DNA of 64,000 bases from an uncultured delta proteobacterium (lineage in GTDB: Bacteria > Desulfobacterota > Binatia > Binatales > Binataceae), in assembly GCA_963794325.1 (NCBI GenBank), contig CAWCDG010000005.1, positions 160,001-224,000 on the forward strand. The letters are read 5' to 3'. The notes below the pieces were generated by a model. It did no database searches. It was given only the letters and a program-made list of their open reading frames with translations, and was not told the DNA's origin. Within the stretch, counting starts at the first letter, position 1, and the number at the start of each line of letters is the position of its first letter. Of the stretch, positions 58,534-64,000 are shown one piece after another. The position numbers and the translations under genes are program-made.

Positions 58534-60656
58534 CTCCGGCAAAACTACCGTGGAGCATCGAGGAGAATCCGCTGCTCAGCCAGTGGGTCGATTTCAGCGA
58601 ACCCGGAATCGCGCGAGTGTTTTCAGCCAAGGTCGAACTCGGCCAGGGAATCGTCACCGCGATCGCACAAATCGCCGCCGCGGAACTCAGGCTCCCGATG
58701 TCGAAGGTGGTCGTCGTGTCGGGTGATACGCGTAGCTGCCCGAATGAAAGCTACACCGCGGGCAGCATGTCGATCGAAGTCGGCGGCACTTCCATGCGGA
58801 TGGCGTGTGCCGAGGCGCGCCGTGCGATCGTCGAGCGCGCCGCTATCATGCTCAAGGCCGACGAGTCGCGCATTGCTGCTGAGGACGGGCTTATCCTTCT
58901 CGACGGGGCGCCGTCGAAGCTCGATTACTGGAATGTCGCTCGCGAGATCGATTGGCAGATACCGATCACGGGACAGGCGCCATTCGCTGCGCTCGTGGAC
59001 TCAACTTCGCTCGGCAAGAGCATCGCGCGTCTCGACCTTCCCGCGAAAGTCACCGGCGCCTCATTCATCCACGACCTCGAATTGCCGGGAATGCTGCAAG
59101 GACGGGTGTTGCGGCCGCCGTCCTACGGCGCGCGGCTGGAGTCACTCGACACGTCGGCGGTCGAGCAGATGCCCGGAGTTGTCAAAATCTGGCGCAGCGG
59201 CGATTTCGTCGGCGTCTGCTGCGATCACGAATATCAGGCCGTCAAGGCGCTCGAAGCGATCAGCGCAGGCGCACGATGGTCTGAGAGCGAGGTATCAGCC
59301 GACTCGCGGAGCTGGCGCGAGCTGCTGCCGACGCTTCGCTCGATCGATTCGGAGACCGAGGCCGGTGAGCGTCCGGTCGCGGCTTCAAACCTGCGACGCC
59401 TGTCCGCGACCTATTCGCGTCCGCCGATAGCGCACGCGTCGATGGCGCCGTCGTGCGCGGTTGCGGTTTATGACGAGCGCGGTCTGACGGTATGGACACA
59501 TTCGCAGGGCGTCTTCCCGCTCCGCGGCGCGCTCGCGAACGCTCTCGGAATCGACCAGTCGCACGTCGCGGTGATTCACCAGCAGGGCGCCGGAGTCTAC
59601 GGGCACAATGCGGCAGACGATGTCGCGCTCGACGCTGCCTTGCTCGCGCGCCAGGTTCCGTCGCGTCCGGTGCGTATCCAATGGACCCGCGAGGACGAAC
59701 TCGCATGGTCGCCGCTGGGCTCGCCGATGGCGATAAAGATCGAGGGCACGCTAAGTCCAACCGGCGACATCGTCGATTGGTCGAGTCAGATCTGGAGCGG
59801 ACCGCACGGCCAGCGCCCGCGCCCGCACGGACCCGTCAACCTGCTGGCAGCCGCGCATGTCGATCCGCCGATCCCGTTCCCGGAAGCGTACGAGGTTTTG
59901 TCGAGATTTGCCGGCGGTGCTCGAAATTCCGAGCCGGCATACGACCTTGTTCACCGGAAGATCGTTTTGCACAGCCTGCCAGGCCTGCCATTTCGGACCT
60001 CCGCGCTGCGCACGCTGGGCGGCTACGCGAACGTGTTCGCAACCGAGTCGTTCATGGATGAACTGGCCGATGCCGCGGGCGTCGATCCAGTCGAGTTCCG
60101 CCTTCGCTACTTGTCGGATCCGCGTGCGCGCCGGGTAATCGAGACTGTGATGAAGGTTGCGGACTGGCAGTTCAATGGCGAACGCGGCAAAGGACGCGCG
60201 GCGGGAATCGGTTTCGCACGATACAAGAACACCGCGGCATACGTGGCCGTGATCGCTAACGTTGAAGTTGACCGGGACGTGCGCGTGTCGAGGGTTGTCG
60301 CGGCGGTCGATGCGGGCCTAGTGATCAACCCGAACGGAGTAATCAATCAAATCGAAGGCGGCATCGTGCAATCGATCAGTTGGACGCTCAAGGAGCAAGT
60401 CTTGTTCGACGGCCACCGCGTGACCACCCGCACCTGGGATCAATATCCGATTCTGCGCTTCGATGAAGTCCCGGAACTGGAGGTAGAACTGATCGAGCGT
60501 CCCGACTCGCCGCCTCTCGGCGTGGGCGAGGCAGCGCAGGGCCCGGCCGCCGCGGCCGTCGCGAATGCCGTCGCGAGGGCGCTCGACTTCCGGGTGCGAG
60601 ACCTACCGATTACGCGCGAGCGCATTGTCGCTGCCGGTACTTCCTTTTCGGCCTAG
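58530..60656 (+). CDS. Molybdopterin-binding subunit (IorB/NicB-like)
   Basis: KVELGQGI, TAGSMS, QWTREDE, LRTLG, QIEGG, GVGE. Confidence 0.9.
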   Translation: MTPAKLPWSIEENPLLSQWVDFSEPGIARVFSAKVELGQGIVTAIAQIAAAELRLPMSKVVVVSGDTRSCPNESYTAGSMSIEVGGTSMRMACAEARRAIVERAAIMLKADESRIAAEDGLILLDGAPSKLDYWNVAREIDWQIPITGQAPFAALVDSTSLGKSIARLDLPAKVTGASFIHDLELPGMLQGRVLRPPSYGARLESLDTSAVEQMPGVVKIWRSGDFVGVCCDHEYQAVKALEAISAGARWSESEVSADSRSWRELLPTLRSIDSETEAGERPVAASNLRRLSATYSRPPIAHASMAPSCAVAVYDERGLTVWTHSQGVFPLRGALANALGIDQSHVAVIHQQGAGVYGHNAADDVALDAALLARQVPSRPVRIQWTREDELAWSPLGSPMAIKIEGTLSPTGDIVDWSSQIWSGPHGQRPRPHGPVNLLAAAHVDPPIPFPEAYEVLSRFAGGARNSEPAYDLVHRKIVLHSLPGLPFRTSALRTLGGYANVFATESFMDELADAAGVDPVEFRLRYLSDPRARRVIETVMKVADWQFNGERGKGRAAGIGFARYKNTAAYVAVIANVEVDRDVRVSRVVAAVDAGLVINPNGVINQIEGGIVQSISWTLKEQVLFDGHRVTTRTWDQYPILRFDEVPELEVELIERPDSPPLGVGEAAQGPAAAAVANAVARALDFRVRDLPITRERIVAAGTSFSA

Positions 60657-62908
60657 CTGTTCAGTACAGCGGTGGCCTGGTTCAAACGGTCGCTGTAGGC
60701 GTTAAGCGCATCCGCCGTAAGCTTGGCGTAGCGGTTGGCATCGGACCATCGCCGGTCTTCGATTGCCTCGCGCACTCCGGGTAAGGTCTTCGCTTCATAA
60801 CCGGTGTAGCGGCCGGGCGCATAGACCAGGTTCTTGTACCAGCTTCGGCCGGGTAGGCCCACATCGGGAGCTAAGGTCTGATCGATGTTCAGAATCAAAG
60901 CTTGTACTTGCGCTACCTGAGAGGCGGATAGGTGTGACCCATTTTTCGATAATGCCTCGTCATAGGCCTTAGCGCTGCGCTTCAACCGATCGACGGCGTC
61001 TTCGAGAGTTGCGAACTCGATGTGCGGCACACGATCGAAGGCGGTGGGCAGGCCGCTTGGTTTGGTGGGATCCGCGGCTATCTGGAACGCGCGATCATGC
61101 AGCAGCTTGGCCTGCGTCTCAGCCTCGTCGCGCTCGTCGTCGGCTAGCTTCTTCACCTGATCCAGATAGTCGGAGACTGCATTGGCGAAAGCAGTTGCGT
61201 TTTGGACAGGAAGGTCGGAATCGGCAACGCGCAACACAATTCGCCCTACGGTCTTCGCCAACATCGCGTCATACACGAAGCCGGGATCGACGAAGCGGGT
61301 GTGATGCTCGAAAGTGTCGTAGCGAGAGTGATAGACGCCGCCTGAGTGTCCCTCTTCGTAGAACCCTACGTCGAGCACCGGTATGCCCAGGTGATCGATG
61401 AAAGTTGAAAAGTCAGAACCCGACCCAAGCGCCTCGATCGGGAAGTCCTTGTCCGGGTCTGCGGCGATCCTGGCCTCGGCCCTGAGGTGCTCGTTAGCAG
61501 TCGGCGCTAGAGCACCTACGCGCATCTTCGCGCGCAGCCTTTGTCCGACGGAGACACCTGTTTCAGGATCAACTACGTCAGCGGCGACCTGGTTAAGCAG
61601 ATGCTGGAAGTCGTGGCTGCCAGCTACACCTAGAATGCCCCTTTCGTTCGAGTCGGAGTTTATGTATAGGACTGCTTTCCGCTTGAGCTCGCTTGCGTGT
61701 TCCTCCGCCCATTCAGTCGAACCCAGCAACATAGGTTCCTCGGCGTCCCAACTGGTGTAAACGATCGTGCGGCGGGGCTTCCAACCTTGTTTTGCGAGTC
61801 CTCCGAAAGCCTTGGCCTCGGCGAGCAGCGCAACTTGACCGGATAACGGGTCGCTGGCGCCGAAGACCCATCCGTCGTGATGATTGCCGCGGACTATCCA
61901 TTGGTCCGGCCACATCGAGCCCTTCATCATTGCGATGACGTCGTAGATCGGCTGTTGTTGCCAATCGGACTTCACCGCCAGATGGACCAGCGCCGGGCCC
62001 GGTCCTGTTCGATAGGTTATTGGCAGCGCACCGCGCCAGCTTTGCGGAGCGACAGGACCTCCCAACGCTGCAAGAAAGACCTGTGCGTCCGCATAAGATA
62101 TAGGTATCGTCGGAATCTTCATGATGGTCGCCGCGTCCGACATCTGGAGGCGTTTGGCGTCTTTGGTCGCACCGATACCGGGCGTCAAAGGATCGCCTGG
62201 GTAGAGACCCATATCGAGCACCGAGCCGCGTTGGATACCACGCGGCGGACGCATAGGACCGTTAGGATAGGTCCCATCGATCGAGTAGCCGTCCTGGGCG
62301 GGGTCGGAATATATGATGCATCCGATCGCACCGTGATCGTACGCAAGCTTGGGTTTCAATCCGCGCCACCCGCCGCCGTAGCGTGCGATGACGATTTTTC
62401 CTTTGACGCTTACGCCCAACCGCTGGAGCGTCTTGTAGTCGTCGAGCATCCCGTAATTGACGTAAACCAGCCCGCCAGTGACATCGCCGTCGCTCTGGTA
62501 GGCGGCATAAGCAGGGAGCGCAGGATCGGTGGCAGTAGAGCTGGAGTCACCGGGAATTGGCGGCTCCTGCAGTGTAGCGCTGAACTTTTGAGGGCCGACC
62601 AGTTCCAGGGTCTCACTTACAGGCTTGGGATACAGCACCCAGAACGTTTCGATGTGCGCATCCCAGCCCCAGTCATTGAACCATGCAAGGATTTGATCAG
62701 CGTTCGACTTGTCATGAGGAGAGCTGACGTGGTTCGGCTGAGCGGCAAGTAACTTCATCCAGTCGCGCATCTCATCCGGATGAATAAGCGCATCGAAGTT
62801 GCGCTCGAGAGTCGCCTCATCAGATGAAACCGGAGTGGGTGCAGCGAATACCGCGCTAATACAAAGAAGGAGCGCCGCGGCAAACGGGATGGCGAACTTT
62901 GAAGCCAG
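60653..62908 (-). CDS. M28 glutamate carboxypeptidase II-like peptidase (PA + TfR dimerisation domains)
   Basis: YVNYG, RGNHHDGW, GASDP, WDAEE, GSGSDF, YHS. The frame stays open upstream of ATG 62770 through a signal-like peptide; start uncertain. Confidence 0.88.
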   Translation of the reverse strand: MASKFAIPFAAALLLCISAVFAAPTPVSSDEATLERNFDALIHPDEMRDWMKLLAAQPNHVSSPHDKSNADQILAWFNDWGWDAHIETFWVLYPKPVSETLELVGPQKFSATLQEPPIPGDSSSTATDPALPAYAAYQSDGDVTGGLVYVNYGMLDDYKTLQRLGVSVKGKIVIARYGGGWRGLKPKLAYDHGAIGCIIYSDPAQDGYSIDGTYPNGPMRPPRGIQRGSVLDMGLYPGDPLTPGIGATKDAKRLQMSDAATIMKIPTIPISYADAQVFLAALGGPVAPQSWRGALPITYRTGPGPALVHLAVKSDWQQQPIYDVIAMMKGSMWPDQWIVRGNHHDGWVFGASDPLSGQVALLAEAKAFGGLAKQGWKPRRTIVYTSWDAEEPMLLGSTEWAEEHASELKRKAVLYINSDSNERGILGVAGSHDFQHLLNQVAADVVDPETGVSVGQRLRAKMRVGALAPTANEHLRAEARIAADPDKDFPIEALGSGSDFSTFIDHLGIPVLDVGFYEEGHSGGVYHSRYDTFEHHTRFVDPGFVYDAMLAKTVGRIVLRVADSDLPVQNATAFANAVSDYLDQVKKLADDERDEAETQAKLLHDRAFQIAADPTKPSGLPTAFDRVPHIEFATLEDAVDRLKRSAKAYDEALSKNGSHLSASQVAQVQALILNIDQTLAPDVGLPGRSWYKNLVYAPGRYTGYEAKTLPGVREAIEDRRWSDANRYAKLTADALNAYSDRLNQATAVLNS

Positions 62909-62913
62909 GCGGC

Positions 62914-63912
62914 TCAGGCGCGCAACCCCGCCAGACAGCCGGTAGCATCGAGGACTGTATCCAGCGCTCGCTTGTCGCCAACAGCCTTATACTTATCGCG
63001 CAGAGTCACCAGCGATTTGGCGTGATACTTCTGCGGCTTCTGCGTCCAGGTACGGCCGTTTAGTTCCACACTGAATTCTTCCTTACTGTTGGCTATCGCT
63101 GACGCGTTGGCGACGGTCCACGGCATGAAGAGTCGTCCTACCTGCCGCTCGAGTAGAGGGGTCAAGGTCGGGGCCAGGCTTGACCACTGCTCAAAGTCGC
63201 CTTCGGCTCTCGGCCACAGCATTCGGTGGATCCATGCGAGCGTATTCGGCGTGGTCGCGTTGATGATCGCGCCGGGCGTCGGATCGGTCCACGCATTGTA
63301 GAGCTGCCCCCACATCCCAAAGTCTCCAAAACTGGGACGATTACCGAACAGGTATGCCCGCTTGGCGAGATGCGGCTCGAGGATTGTGAGAGTATCGCGG
63401 AAAGATTCCTCGATTTGCGGCGCGGTCTGCGGATTCGATCCGACAAAAGAAACGCGCGGCACCATCCGTTCGCGAACCATCGCGATCCCATTGGCGAGCT
63501 GCGCTTCGTCCACCCCCGGCATCATCGATTGTGCGATTCGCCCGGCGGCCGAGAGAATGTCAGCCTCACGCGCCCATCGATAATGGAACATCCACTTGTT
63601 GCCCCATTCGTCACCGAACTCTTCGAGCAATGCCGAAATGAATTTTGTAGTTGGATCGCTCGGATGGATCGAAGGCTCGGGATGACTCGCCTCGACGAAC
63701 TCGATGATCGGTGTAGAATCCTGAATGCCCTTGTTGTCGGGCGTCACGACCAGCGGCACGAGCGGCAGCTTCTGGTATTTCTGATACTCGCCGTCGGCGT
63801 CGAGACTGCGCGGGATCCATCGGTGCGGGATGTTCTTGTAGCGGAAGTACGAACGGACCTTCACGGAATACGGCGAAAGCTCGATGCCGTGGATATGATA
63901 TTCGCTTGCCAT
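62914..63912 (-). CDS. Glutathione S-transferase family protein
   Basis: SPYSVKVR, VP, QDSTPII, YLFGNRPSFGDF. Confidence 0.88.
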   Translation of the reverse strand: MASEYHIHGIELSPYSVKVRSYFRYKNIPHRWIPRSLDADGEYQKYQKLPLVPLVVTPDNKGIQDSTPIIEFVEASHPEPSIHPSDPTTKFISALLEEFGDEWGNKWMFHYRWAREADILSAAGRIAQSMMPGVDEAQLANGIAMVRERMVPRVSFVGSNPQTAPQIEESFRDTLTILEPHLAKRAYLFGNRPSFGDFGMWGQLYNAWTDPTPGAIINATTPNTLAWIHRMLWPRAEGDFEQWSSLAPTLTPLLERQVGRLFMPWTVANASAIANSKEEFSVELNGRTWTQKPQKYHAKSLVTLRDKYKAVGDKRALDTVLDATGCLAGLRA

Positions 63913-64000
63913 CGATGACTCCTTTCAATGTCGGGAAACTTTCGTTCTGGCGATCAGTCCTCGTTGCTTCATGCGCCACACGAGGAGGTCGATTCGATCC

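Overview
GC-rich bacterial chromosomal segment. The pcm-nlpD-apt order, LLM oxidoreductase, kelch/PT-tail protein and repeat style suggest a soil Candidatus Binatus/Binatia-like organism (inference only). Left to right: (1) a divergent cluster (HAD, NTP-transferase, ITPK-like ATP-grasp protein, class III aminotransferase and GmhB-like HAD on one side; CDP-alcohol phosphotransferase and B12 radical SAM on the other) that looks like an uncharacterised cyclitol/phospholipid head-group pathway; (2) an AT-rich orphan between direct repeats and a frameshifted IS481; (3) panBC under a pan-type leader with terminator, and coaX; (4) tRNA-Pro(GGG) followed by a foreign-looking APH-like gene with a structured leader; (5) a ~28 kb trehalose/alpha-glucan block (GT4, GDE, ABC exporter, glgE, treS-mak, glgB, sugar ABC importer, GH15, treZ, treY, internally deleted glgX) with four sigma-54-type promoters; (6) pcm-nlpD-apt-CDF operon; (7) thiSGE with TPP riboswitch and sigma-70 promoter; (8) a 560-bp element holding only a DUF559 nuclease gene between 72-bp inverted repeats and a 10-bp direct duplication, whose ends match a palindrome family scattered across the window (best candidate for an undescribed system); (9) PhyH, GNAT-like, Mo-hydroxylase pair, M28 peptidase and GST. 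Seven single-base frameshifts, mostly +1 in short runs, are probably sequencing errors. All family calls come from motif recognition, not database searches.
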